This document shows, one piece after another, positions 10,087-19,343 of a DNA stretch of 64,000 nt. Source of the stretch: an uncultured Vampirovibrio sp. (GTDB taxonomy: Bacteria > Cyanobacteriota > Vampirovibrionia > Gastranaerophilales > Gastranaerophilaceae); the NCBI GenBank assembly GCA_964503025.1, contig CAZCZF010000002.1, positions 2,999 to 66,998 on the forward strand, read 5' to 3'. Position 1 is the first letter of the stretch. The number at the start of each line of letters is the position of its first letter. Both the position numbers and the translations under genes were made by a program. The notes beneath the pieces are model-generated. The model was not told the origin of the DNA and ran no database searches. It saw nothing but the letters and a program-made list of their open reading frames with translations.

Positions 10087-10321
10087 AAACAGCTTCCACA
10101 ATATCGTTTACTGTTCTAATCTGTTTAAACTCAGCCGGAGACAATTTTTTATCCGTAAATTTTTGCATACGAACAGCAATATCAACTGCATCAATTGAAT
10201 CTAAATCTAAATCTTCAAATAAATTAGCTTCTAATTTAACATCCTTTTCTGCGACTTCTAATTCTTCAACAAGAATGTTTTTTAATTCATCAAAAATTTG
10301 TTCTTTTGTAAATTTAGCCAT
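10070..10321 (-). CDS. Acyl carrier protein 2 (ApeF-like)
   Basis: LFEDLDLDSIDAVD phosphopantetheine motif; ATG at 10321. Confidence 0.92.
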   Translation of the reverse strand: MAKFTKEQIFDELKNILVEELEVAEKDVKLEANLFEDLDLDSIDAVDIAVRMQKFTDKKLSPAEFKQIRTVNDIVEAVYALLS

Positions 10322-10571
10322 TTTTTTGAGACTCCACAAAATTTGCAAGTGTGTTTATTGAATAAAAATGTTTTTTATTCTCTTCTTTGTTAGCGCTTAA
10401 TACCACATTATATTTGCGTTTTAGTGCCATACCTAATTCCAGCGCATCGATTGAATCCAAACCTAATCCTTCATTGAAGAGCGGTTCTTCATCAACAATA
10501 TCATCTGCTGTAATTTCTTCAAGCGCCAAAGTGTCAATTATTAAATTTTTAATTTCTTCCTTTAATTCCAT
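10314..10571 (-). CDS. Acyl carrier protein 1 (ApeE-like)
   Basis: LFNEGLGLDSIDALEL motif; ATG at 10571. Confidence 0.92.
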   Translation of the reverse strand: MELKEEIKNLIIDTLALEEITADDIVDEEPLFNEGLGLDSIDALELGMALKRKYNVVLSANKEENKKHFYSINTLANFVESQKNG

Positions 10572-10573
10572 GC

Positions 10574-11287
10574 TCACATTATACCATAAAGTTCTTTAAC
10601 AATTTCTGCTGTAATTTTTTGTTTTGTGATAATTTCACTTTCGCATATAAAATCTTTAATATTTATTTCTTTCATTTGTTCAATCTCAAAAGTTACGCGT
10701 CTGTCACTTGCTGCATAAAACGGTTGATTAATAAAAAGAAAATCTGCGTCAGAAAAAAATCTTATCGGAACAATGTTTTTTCTTGCATTAAGTGCTACAA
10801 GAGACGCTCCCTTTTTAATCTTTGGAAATTCATTCTTTCTGTGTCGTATTCCTGACGGAAAAATTATGACATTAAATCCGCAATCAAGCATTTTCTTTGA
10901 TTCGCTTTTAAGCTCATCTAATTCAACCTCATTTGTAATGAAAATACTTGTAACAAGGTTTTTTAAAATCGGATTGTATGCAAGCTCTTTTTTTACAAAG
11001 CATGTGGAGCGTGGAATTAGAGCAATTAAAATTACAATGTCGATAAAGCTTGGATGAGTTGCTACAATAATTTTATTTTCAATTTTTTCAAGTTTTTTGA
11101 TATCAAGTTTGATAAGCCCTATAAAAATCATAAAATATACAAAAATCTTCCACAAAAAATGGATGATATCAGAGCAAAGTTCTTTGTTGTTCTTTATAAA
11201 AGGAAACAACAAAAAGTTGAGAATCATTGCACCGATTCCAAAGACTGTAAAGCAAATAATTGTCAGAAATGAGCGGATGTATTTCAT
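10574..11287 (-). CDS. PlsC-family acyltransferase (ApeD-like)
   Basis: VATHPSFID (HxxxxD), IFPSG, N-terminal TM segment. Confidence 0.88.
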   Translation of the reverse strand: MKYIRSFLTIICFTVFGIGAMILNFLLFPFIKNNKELCSDIIHFLWKIFVYFMIFIGLIKLDIKKLEKIENKIIVATHPSFIDIVILIALIPRSTCFVKKELAYNPILKNLVTSIFITNEVELDELKSESKKMLDCGFNVIIFPSGIRHRKNEFPKIKKGASLVALNARKNIVPIRFFSDADFLFINQPFYAASDRRVTFEIEQMKEINIKDFICESEIITKQKITAEIVKELYGIM

Positions 11288-11301
11288 AGAATAATTATAT
11301 C

Positions 11302-12741
11302 TTATACTAAACTTTTATACATCTCTAAATATTTTTTAGCGCTTTCATTCCAACTAAAATCGGCTTCCATTGCAGATTTGCGCATTGCGTTGAATGTATA
11401 TTTGTTCTTATAAACAGACATTGCGGTAAGAATTGCGTCTTTCATTGCCCATCCGTCATAACCCCAGAATTTGAAGCCGTTAGAATTATCTAAAGGATAT
11501 CCTGTTACGGTATCTTCCAAACCTCCGGTAGCTCTTACGACAGGTAATGAACCAAAGCGCATGGCAATTAATTGTGAAAGTCCGCATGGCTCAAATTTTG
11601 AAGGCATTAAGAAGAAGTCACTTCCTGCGTATATTTGATTTGCCAAGTCGCCTCTGTAACCTACATAGGTTCTGATGTTTGGTGTATTGTTAGATAACCA
11701 AATGAATAAATTTTCGTACGATTTATCACCAGAACCAAGGAATATAAAATCTGCATCAAGGTTTTTTAAATCGTTTTCAACTTGTCTTATTAAGTCCAGT
11801 CCTTTTTGGTCAACAAGTCTTGAAATTAATGCAAATAAAGGTCTTTCAGGATTGTATTTTAATCCGAAATATTCAAGTATTTTCTTTTTGCATTCTTCTT
11901 TGTTTGCCAAAGATTTTACATCATAGTTTTTAATCAAAGTTTTGTCTGTTTTAGGGTTGAAAGCGTCGTAATCAATACCGTTTACAATTCCCAATAACTT
12001 GTTTGTATGTCCGCGAAGTGTGTAGTCCATGCCTTCGCCGTATTCGCCGGTTAAAATTTCTCGTGCATAGTTCGGAGACACTGCAACAACCTTGTCCGAA
12101 TAATTTATTGCACCTTTCATCCAATTGACGCGTCCGTAGTGTTCGCAACCCCATTCATTGAAAACGATGTCTTTTTGCATATTAGCAAAATCTAAAACAT
12201 CTTCAAACCAAACGCCCTGATATGCAAGATTGTGAATTTCAAATACATTTTTTGTCTTTGACCAAAATTCATCAAATTTGTAATTTGCTTTTAGATACAA
12301 CGGAATCATTGCAGTATGCCAATCGTTTGAGTGAATGATATCTGCTCTAAAGTTTAATTGTTTTGCATATTCCAATGTTGCAAGAGAAAATGCAATATAT
12401 CTTTCGTGTTCATATCTCGGATCTAACCAACGAGGGTAAACTTCTTGAAAACAAGAAAAATACCAGTCATTTTCTACAAAGAAAACATTTATATCTGTTT
12501 TTGGAAGTTTTGTCATGTAGAGTTTAAATTTTTGTGGAGAAGAGCTAAAAGTAATCCACATTTCTGAGTTTTCAAGTTCTTTGATTCCCCACTTTGCACG
12601 GTCTATACATCCGTGAAGCGGAGTGAAAATAGCAATTTCTGCATCTTTTTCTAAGGCTTTTGGTAAGCTGCCGACAACATCGGAAAGTCCTCCGGCTTTT
12701 GAAAAAGGTGAAACCTCTGCCGCTGCAAACAATATTTTCAT
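11302..12741 (-). CDS. glgA: Glycogen synthase
   Basis: AAEVSPFSKAGGLSDV, HSNDWHTA, MPSKFEPCGLSQL, TGGLEDTV. Confidence 0.97.
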   Translation of the reverse strand: MKILFAAAEVSPFSKAGGLSDVVGSLPKALEKDAEIAIFTPLHGCIDRAKWGIKELENSEMWITFSSSPQKFKLYMTKLPKTDINVFFVENDWYFSCFQEVYPRWLDPRYEHERYIAFSLATLEYAKQLNFRADIIHSNDWHTAMIPLYLKANYKFDEFWSKTKNVFEIHNLAYQGVWFEDVLDFANMQKDIVFNEWGCEHYGRVNWMKGAINYSDKVVAVSPNYAREILTGEYGEGMDYTLRGHTNKLLGIVNGIDYDAFNPKTDKTLIKNYDVKSLANKEECKKKILEYFGLKYNPERPLFALISRLVDQKGLDLIRQVENDLKNLDADFIFLGSGDKSYENLFIWLSNNTPNIRTYVGYRGDLANQIYAGSDFFLMPSKFEPCGLSQLIAMRFGSLPVVRATGGLEDTVTGYPLDNSNGFKFWGYDGWAMKDAILTAMSVYKNKYTFNAMRKSAMEADFSWNESAKKYLEMYKSLV

Positions 12742-12780
12742 AAAATTACTCCTACTCTCTTCTTCGATTTGTGATACTTG

Positions 12781-12809
12781 ATTATAAACCGATAAATATA
12801 ATTATTCAA
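12781..12809 (-). promoter_or_regulatory. Sigma70-type promoter for glgA and the downstream acyl cluster
   Basis: Minus strand reads TTGAAT-N17-TATAAT; GGAGG RBS before the glgA ATG. Confidence 0.75.
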
Positions 12810-12822
12810 TCAATAAAGTATT

Positions 12823-13596
12823 TTATTGAGCTTTTTGTACCAACTCTTGTTTATATCTTTTATATTGGTTGTTTAAATCAGTTAATTCAATGGCTTTGTC
12901 AATCGCTTTTATTGCATTTTCGTAATCACCAACTACATCATAAGTGTGTGATAAAGCAAAGTATGAATAAGGCGAGTGTTCAATTTCCGCATAAAGTTTG
13001 CTTGCCAAAATTCGTTTTTTATCATATTTGGCTTTTAATCTCTTAGATTCTTCCATGTCTGCGAATGCGCCGTCACTATCGCCCAAGGCTGCTCTGATTT
13101 TACTGCGTTTAGCATAGAGAAAATATGCGTTGATATCTCCGTCAACTTCATCAATTGCGCGAGAAATATAATCCAATGCCATTCGATTGTTAACATTATA
13201 ATATCTGTCTGCACTTGCAAGATATTTTTGCATGTTGCCGGTATTTACAACCGATGTGTCAAAGGAATAATTTATTGTTAAAGAACCTCTCGCTGTTTCC
13301 GCAGGAAAATGTGCAAACGGGGAAGCTTTTTTTAACGCTTCCTTGGTAGATTCGTCAAAAACTGCATCGCCTGAGCTTTCGACAATTTGAACGGAGTATA
13401 TGTCACCGCTTCTTGTGATGCCGAATTTTACCAGAGCATGACCATCTCTTTCAAGGTGTTCCGGCGGGTTCCAACTTTTTTGGATTTTGTCGCGTACTCC
13501 ATCCATGTAGGCAGAAAAATCTTCCGCCGCAAGAACAGGATTGAATACACATCCGCTCAAAAACAATAAGAATAATATTTTAAAACCTACTCCCAT
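12823..13596 (-). CDS. Exported protein with TonB/TolA C-terminal-like domain and TPRs
   Basis: Signal peptide; YMDGVRDKIQKSWNPP...ESSGDAVFD...ASPF; TPR-like C-terminus. Confidence 0.7.
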   Translation of the reverse strand: MGVGFKILFLLFLSGCVFNPVLAAEDFSAYMDGVRDKIQKSWNPPEHLERDGHALVKFGITRSGDIYSVQIVESSGDAVFDESTKEALKKASPFAHFPAETARGSLTINYSFDTSVVNTGNMQKYLASADRYYNVNNRMALDYISRAIDEVDGDINAYFLYAKRSKIRAALGDSDGAFADMEESKRLKAKYDKKRILASKLYAEIEHSPYSYFALSHTYDVVGDYENAIKAIDKAIELTDLNNQYKRYKQELVQKAQ

Positions 13597-13605
13597 AAGA
13601 TTATT

Positions 13606-14079
13606 TTATACAAAATTAAGAAAAGTGTAAATATTTTTAAGCACTTCTTCTGTAAATTTTTGTTTCATTAAAGTTCTTTCAATATTGGACGGAAAAAGAA
13701 TTTTATAAACAATGCACTGGTTTTTAAATGCAATTGCTGAATACATTAAGCCGATCGGTTTTTCTGCGGTTCCGCCGGTAGGTCCGGCAATTCCCGTTGT
13801 TGAAACACAAATATCGGCTCCCGTTACTTTTTGCAATCCTTTTGCCATTTCAATTGCGCATTGTTCACTCACTGCGCCATGTTTTTCAAGAGTTTCTAAT
13901 GTTACTCCTAAAACCTTGTGTTTTGCTTCGTTTGCATAAGTTACGAAATTGAGATGTACAAATGCTGAGCTTCCGCTCACATCGGTAAGCTTGGAGCTTA
14001 AAAGTCCGCCCGTGCATGACTCTGTTGTTGCAATTGTGTATTTTTTGTCAATAAGCAATTTGGCAATTTTTTGTTCCAT
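13606..14079 (-). CDS. CinA C-terminal domain protein (NMN deamidase, PncC-like)
   Basis: ATTESCTGG, HGAVSEQCAIEMA, STTGIAGPTGG. Confidence 0.92.
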   Translation of the reverse strand: MEQKIAKLLIDKKYTIATTESCTGGLLSSKLTDVSGSSAFVHLNFVTYANEAKHKVLGVTLETLEKHGAVSEQCAIEMAKGLQKVTGADICVSTTGIAGPTGGTAEKPIGLMYSAIAFKNQCIVYKILFPSNIERTLMKQKFTEEVLKNIYTFLNFV

Positions 14080-14679
14080 CTAATAAGTTGTCCTCTTTAG
14101 AATTATTTTTGAGTCTTTGTTGTACAAATTATGCTTGTACCAAACACCTTCAAATTCGCCGTTTGGTTTAAACAAATATTGACAATCTTCGGAAACATAA
14201 TAAATTGCACTTATCGGAACTCCTGAAATTTTGTATTGATAAGCGTAATAAGGATAATCAGGGTAAGCACCGTAAATAAAATCTATGTAGCGCAAATGCC
14301 CGAGTGTATCATAATAATAAGATTTTGAAATGTCTTTTTTATCTTGTAATGCGTACATGTATATGTTTTTCATTTTTTTGTAATAAAAGGCTGAAATATT
14401 ATTGCCTTTGTATTCTTTGTACCCAGCGGAGGCTGCGTAATAATTTTCAATGCGGTTCTTGTCTTTTAGTTTATCTTTGAATTGTGATTTTAAATCGAGT
14501 TGTTTTTCAAGTGGTGTTTCGAACATCAAATCGCGGATTTCGCTAATGATAGCTTCTTTGGCAACTTCGGATTTGTTAATCCAATCGTATCGGATATCTG
14601 CTATGTAAATGTCATTAAAATTTGCATAGGCGGTTGTTTGTAAAAATGATAAAGCTAAAATTATTAAAAATTTTCTCAT
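14080..14679 (-). CDS. Exported hypothetical protein, Tyr-rich
   Basis: Clear signal peptide (MRKFLIILALSFLQTTAYA); stop abuts the cinA start. Confidence 0.7.
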   Translation of the reverse strand: MRKFLIILALSFLQTTAYANFNDIYIADIRYDWINKSEVAKEAIISEIRDLMFETPLEKQLDLKSQFKDKLKDKNRIENYYAASAGYKEYKGNNISAFYYKKMKNIYMYALQDKKDISKSYYYDTLGHLRYIDFIYGAYPDYPYYAYQYKISGVPISAIYYVSEDCQYLFKPNGEFEGVWYKHNLYNKDSKIILKRTTY

Positions 14680-14759
14680 AATACTCCTAACATTCTATTT
14701 TCAGTATACCACATTTATAAAAATATCATGTTCCCTCTTTTTATAGTATAATTAATCTT

Positions 14760-15428
14760 ATGAAGTTATTAGAAGGCAAGAATGTAGAGAAGGTTTCCAA
14801 CCTCGTATATAGAATTTTTAAATTTCAAGAGCTTTTTACGCGCATAATTGAAGTTAACAATCCGTTGAAAAAACCGTGCATATATGCAATGTGGCATGCT
14901 CATCAGTTTTGTATTCATGGACTTCCCGACAGAGAAAATGTTAACGTTTTAATAAGTCGTTCTCGTGATGGTGAAATAATTGCTAATGTGGTTGAGAAGT
15001 GGGGGTTCAAGACAATTCGCGGTTCTAAAGGTAAGAAAGGCGCTGTTGAGGCAAGCATGCAGATGTTGTCGGTATTAAAGCAAGGTGAAAATTGCGCAAT
15101 GATGGTTGATGGCCCTCATGGGCCGGCAAAAGTTGTAAAAGACGGAGTAATAAAAATTGCGAAATTATCGGGTGCTCCGATAGTACCTATTTATTGGTTC
15201 TCAAAGAATTTTACTTGGGTTAAATTTCCGTCTTGGGATGAAATGCGCTCACCGATTCTTTCAACCAATATGGTTAATGTTTATGGTGAACCGATTTATG
15301 TTGTTCCGGATGGTGATGAGGAAGAAGCGCGTTTGAAATTGCAAAAGAGTTTTGAAGAACTTGAAAAACAAGCTCCTGACGCGTTCGACGAGGTATTTAA
15401 GTTTGGCTTATGGTTAAGAAAAAAATAA
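14760..15428 (+). CDS. DUF374-type lysophospholipid acyltransferase family protein
   Basis: AMWHAH, LISRSRDGE, IRGS, MVDGPHGP. Confidence 0.85.
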   Translation: MKLLEGKNVEKVSNLVYRIFKFQELFTRIIEVNNPLKKPCIYAMWHAHQFCIHGLPDRENVNVLISRSRDGEIIANVVEKWGFKTIRGSKGKKGAVEASMQMLSVLKQGENCAMMVDGPHGPAKVVKDGVIKIAKLSGAPIVPIYWFSKNFTWVKFPSWDEMRSPILSTNMVNVYGEPIYVVPDGDEEEARLKLQKSFEELEKQAPDAFDEVFKFGLWLRKK

Positions 15429-16231
15429 AAATGCTTGCGGTTCAAATGGAATCTGCAATTGGGGATATTGATTTAAACATAGAAACCGTAAAAAATTTGT
15501 TACGTGCAAATTTAGAAAAGTTTGGCAGTGTGGATTTTATATTTTTGCCGGAGTTGTGGACTGTCGGGTGGGATTGTCCTTCTTTACCAAAATGTGCGGA
15601 AGCTATAGACAGCTCAAAGTCGTTAGCAATGCTTAAAGAAATAGCCGAAGATTATAAAGTTAACATTGTTGGCGGTAGTTTTGTTGAGAAGAAAGATGAT
15701 AAGCTTTTCAATACATGCCCTGTAATAAATCGTGGCGGTGAATTGGTTTGTACATATAACAAAAACCATCTTTTTTCTTATCTCGGTGATACGGAAAATA
15801 GCTATATAACAGTAGGTTCAAATCCTGTAATGGTAGAGGTTGAAGGTGTTAAAATCGGGCTTACGATTTGTTATGATATTCGTTTTCCGGAAATCTACCG
15901 AGCTTACAGAAAAGCCGGAGCAGATATTCTTGTAAATATGGCTGCTTGGCCGAAAACAAGAAAGATTCACTGGGATAGTCTCACGACTGCAAGGGCGGTA
16001 GAAAATCAATCATATTTTGTTGCGCTTACTCAGACCGGACTTTTGGCGGATGGTTCGGAAAACCTTGGTCACTCTATGATTATTGATTACAAAGGTGAAA
16101 TCAGAGATGAAATTGAAGAAAAAGAGGGCGCAATATATGCGGAAATTGATTTGGACGAGATGTATGAATTTAGAAGTCAATGTACTGTTTTGAAAGATAT
16201 TAAAGATTCTTATGAGGTAATAAGAAAATGA
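15410..16231 (+). CDS. Carbon-nitrogen hydrolase (nitrilase/omega-amidase family)
   Basis: FLPELW, YNKNHLF, TICYDIRFPE: E-K-C triad intact. Confidence 0.92.
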   Translation: MVKKKIKMLAVQMESAIGDIDLNIETVKNLLRANLEKFGSVDFIFLPELWTVGWDCPSLPKCAEAIDSSKSLAMLKEIAEDYKVNIVGGSFVEKKDDKLFNTCPVINRGGELVCTYNKNHLFSYLGDTENSYITVGSNPVMVEVEGVKIGLTICYDIRFPEIYRAYRKAGADILVNMAAWPKTRKIHWDSLTTARAVENQSYFVALTQTGLLADGSENLGHSMIIDYKGEIRDEIEEKEGAIYAEIDLDEMYEFRSQCTVLKDIKDSYEVIRK

Positions 16232-17559
16232 AAAAGTTTTTTGCAATATTGATAGTATTTTTTATGGCATTAGGTGTTCAAGCCAAAGGGGCAAAGAACT
16301 GTGATTTTAATGATATTATTAACGATTCCGGCATTGATAAAAATTCCATTGCGATTTCAATAAAAGATTTGGGTAACAGCAAATCAATATATGGATTAAA
16401 TGATAAGATTCTTATGCACCCTGCTTCTGTGCAAAAGGCTTTGACATTGCTTCCTGCAATGGAAGTTTTGGGTGAAGATTATAAATTTACAACATCCATA
16501 TACAAACGCAATGATGATAGTTATGTAATAAAACTTGGTGCTGACCCATATTTAACAACTTCTGATTTAAAAAAACTTGTCGGATATGTTCAGCCCGAAG
16601 CAAGGGTAATTTATATTGACGATAATATTTTAGAAAAAAAGGATTGGGGCGAAGGTTGGCAATGGGATGATGATATGAATGTTCTTATGCCTCGTTTCAA
16701 TTCTTACAATCTTGATAAAAACATGATAAAAATTACGGTTATGCCGACAGAAAAGGGCAAAGCTGCTACAATTATTAATCCGAGTAAATATCCGCTTGTT
16801 TTTTTGAATAATGTAGTTACGGGTGATAATAATGATGTAAAAGCAAGCCGTGATAATTCTATATCCGCAAACACTCTTTCTTTGGAAGGAACGGTTAATA
16901 AGCCGACAATAATTCAAATTCCGGTAAATAATTTGAAAAGATATTTTGATATAAAACTTACCGGTGTATTGGGCGATAGAAATATTTATTTGAAGCAGAA
17001 TTTCATATCGGATAAAGTTTCTCAATCGGATGAGGAACTCGGTTCTGTGGCTCACCCGTTAACGTTGGCGGTGAATGATGTTTTGAAAAACAGTAATAAT
17101 ATGATTGCAGAAACTGTTTCAAAACTTGCAGGTGGAAAAGCTTATGGCGACAGAGGAAGCGATATTAATGGTATAAAAGTCTTTAATGCTTATTGTGAAA
17201 AGATTGGGCTTGATAGTTCCAAAATACGACTTACGGATGCAAGCGGAGTTTCTAAAAATAATCTCATAAGTGCAGATTTTATAACTGAATATTTTGTTAA
17301 AAATAAAGACAATACACTTTATGAACACTTGTCTGCTCCGGGAGAAGGTACTTTGACACATAGAATGCTCCCTATTAAGGATAATTTGAGAGCTAAAACC
17401 GGAACGCACGGTGACGCAAGTTCTATAGCAGGATTTTTGACGACACGAAATGGACACAAGTATGCATTTTGCATAATTATCAATGATACAACTTCTACAA
17501 TCGCCGATATGAAAATGTTGGAAGATTATTTGATTAGAGAAATGTATTTAAGATTATAA
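16228..17559 (+). CDS. dacB: D-Ala-D-Ala carboxypeptidase/endopeptidase (PBP4, peptidase S13)
   Basis: Signal peptide; PASVQK (SxxK), NSNN (SxN), AKTGT (KTG). Confidence 0.92.
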   Translation: MKKFFAILIVFFMALGVQAKGAKNCDFNDIINDSGIDKNSIAISIKDLGNSKSIYGLNDKILMHPASVQKALTLLPAMEVLGEDYKFTTSIYKRNDDSYVIKLGADPYLTTSDLKKLVGYVQPEARVIYIDDNILEKKDWGEGWQWDDDMNVLMPRFNSYNLDKNMIKITVMPTEKGKAATIINPSKYPLVFLNNVVTGDNNDVKASRDNSISANTLSLEGTVNKPTIIQIPVNNLKRYFDIKLTGVLGDRNIYLKQNFISDKVSQSDEELGSVAHPLTLAVNDVLKNSNNMIAETVSKLAGGKAYGDRGSDINGIKVFNAYCEKIGLDSSKIRLTDASGVSKNNLISADFITEYFVKNKDNTLYEHLSAPGEGTLTHRMLPIKDNLRAKTGTHGDASSIAGFLTTRNGHKYAFCIIINDTTSTIADMKMLEDYLIREMYLRL

Positions 17560-17570
17560 TAGTAAATATA

Positions 17571-17599
17571 TTGATTTATTGCAAAAATTTTGATACACT
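17571..17599 (+). promoter_or_regulatory. Sigma70-type promoter with extended -10
   Basis: TTGATT-N17-TACACT, with TG-n preceding the -10. Confidence 0.6.
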
Positions 17600-17671
17600 A
17601 AGACCTGTAGAATACAGGCTAAAGATTTTTGATTAACATTTCACTGATTTCTAATAAGAAATGAGGTGCTG

Positions 17672-17749
17672 ATGAAATTAAAAATCAATGCAAAAGGATT
17701 AGCATTATTAATAATACTAATTCTTGTCATTAAAGTCCTATTTAGTTAG
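17672..17749 (+). CDS. 25-aa hydrophobic micro-protein MKLKINAKGLALLIILILVIKVLFS (missed by the ORF track)
   Basis: ATG at 17672 with GAGGTG RBS just upstream; single TM-like core with a basic N-terminus; own promoter and a 3' hairpin (ATGGGTA/TACCCAT, 17760-17780). Confidence 0.55.
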   Translation: MKLKINAKGLALLIILILVIKVLFS

Positions 17750-17821
17750 GGCTGCGGGTATGGGTATTCGCATTACCCATGTTCACGTTCCTATTTAACG
17801 TATTTACAAGAATTTTTCAAT

Positions 17822-18673
17822 ATGTACCAAATAGTTGCGCAATACTTAGAATATCTCGAATTGGAAAAGGGCCTTTCGCAAAATACGATAGATGCGTATA
17901 GACGTGATTTGTCGGAGTTCAGTAAAAATGTGGAAAGTGTTGATGCAATAAATCGCATGACAATAAACGGATATATCAGAACTTTAAGAGAGCGTAAACT
18001 TGCTGCAACCAGTATAATTCGGAAAATAGCGTCTTTGCGCGGATTTTTTAAATGGGCATTTGCGACGGGTATTATTAATAAAAATCCTGCGTCTACTCTT
18101 GAACAACCAAAAATTCCTCAGAGGCTTCCTAAAATTATTTCAATAAAAGAGATTGATGAAATTTTACACGATGGCTTGACTTTAATGGAGCAAACAATCA
18201 TTGAGCTGTTATACAGTTGTGGACTACGAGTTTCGGAACTTGTAAATTTGAAAATTGGTGATGTGGATCTTTCATCCAAATATGTTCGATGTTTTGGTAA
18301 AGGTTCAAAAGAAAGAATTGTTCCGATGGGAGAGAAGGCAAAAAATATTATAAAAGAATACATGCCTGCGCGTGAATTGTTGGTAAAAAAGTTTAATCTG
18401 AATACAAAACGCTTGTTTATAATGGAAACCGGTCGCTTTATAACTCGTCAGGATGTTTATACTTTAATCCATGCCAGAGGAAAACTAATTCATAAAAATA
18501 TTTCGCCACATACATTGAGACATAGCTTTGCGACTCATCTTTTGGAAAACGGAGCGGATTTAAGAGTGGTACAAGAGCTTCTCGGACATAGCGACGTCTC
18601 TACAACACAGTTATATACGCATATTAGTAAAAAGCGTTTGAAAGATGTGTATTTTTCTATTAATAATGAATAA
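17822..18673 (+). CDS. xerD: Tyrosine recombinase XerD-like
   Basis: YSCGLRVSEL, GKGSKERIVP, HTLRHSFATHLL, LGH, TTQLYTH. Confidence 0.88.
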   Translation: MYQIVAQYLEYLELEKGLSQNTIDAYRRDLSEFSKNVESVDAINRMTINGYIRTLRERKLAATSIIRKIASLRGFFKWAFATGIINKNPASTLEQPKIPQRLPKIISIKEIDEILHDGLTLMEQTIIELLYSCGLRVSELVNLKIGDVDLSSKYVRCFGKGSKERIVPMGEKAKNIIKEYMPARELLVKKFNLNTKRLFIMETGRFITRQDVYTLIHARGKLIHKNISPHTLRHSFATHLLENGADLRVVQELLGHSDVSTTQLYTHISKKRLKDVYFSINNE

Positions 18674-18779
18674 AAATTTCGCACATTTTGCTTAACAAAA
18701 GTTTACAAAGTTCTTTACAAATTTGCGCAGATGTTGATTTTATGTTAAATTTTCAATAGAACTAAGTTGGTGAGGATTT

Positions 18780-19340
18780 ATGAGAAGTACAACACTAAGA
18801 AGATCAAATATTACCAGAGAAAAAGTTGCTATGATGGAAGCTCTAAACCGTTATAACAGAGCACATCAAGATGAAGATTTTTACAGAGCACAGACAAAGA
18901 GCAGAGAATTGGATGCGCTTTGGCAGTCCTTTGGTGTTAAATCTCAAAAGAATGAAAAAGCGCCACAAGTTTATTTTGTAACAGGTTTAATCTCGGGTGT
19001 TATTATTACTCTTCTGATTACAACTTTTGTAAGTTTGTTGATTAATATTTCAACACCAAAAGATGATGTTGTTGTTCCGGTAAAAAAATCAGCAGCTGCA
19101 TCTTCCGGCAGATTTACATTTATTCCTGCAGATAATGCTTCTGCGAAGAAATCTGTTGCGCCCGTAAGTGTAAATGAAGAGTACGTCGTTAAAGAGGGCG
19201 ACACTTTAGAAAGTATTGTTATAAGATTTTACGGTTCTTTTGATATGGATAAGGTTGCAAGGATTCAGGAAGCAAACAAAATGGCTAATCCTAATGCTTT
19301 ATCAATCGGTCAAAAGTTGGTTATTCCGATGAATCAGTAA
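18780..19340 (+). CDS. Single-TM LysM-domain protein
   Basis: TM helix followed by C-terminal YVVKEGDTL...NPNALSIGQKLVIP. Confidence 0.88.
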   Translation: MRSTTLRRSNITREKVAMMEALNRYNRAHQDEDFYRAQTKSRELDALWQSFGVKSQKNEKAPQVYFVTGLISGVIITLLITTFVSLLINISTPKDDVVVPVKKSAAASSGRFTFIPADNASAKKSVAPVSVNEEYVVKEGDTLESIVIRFYGSFDMDKVARIQEANKMANPNALSIGQKLVIPMNQ

Positions 19341-19343
19341 TTT

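Noticed and set aside
17822-18673. Prophage or island integrase
   Set aside because: Sequence is XerD-like, neighbours are housekeeping genes, and no att repeats or mobile cargo were seen nearby.
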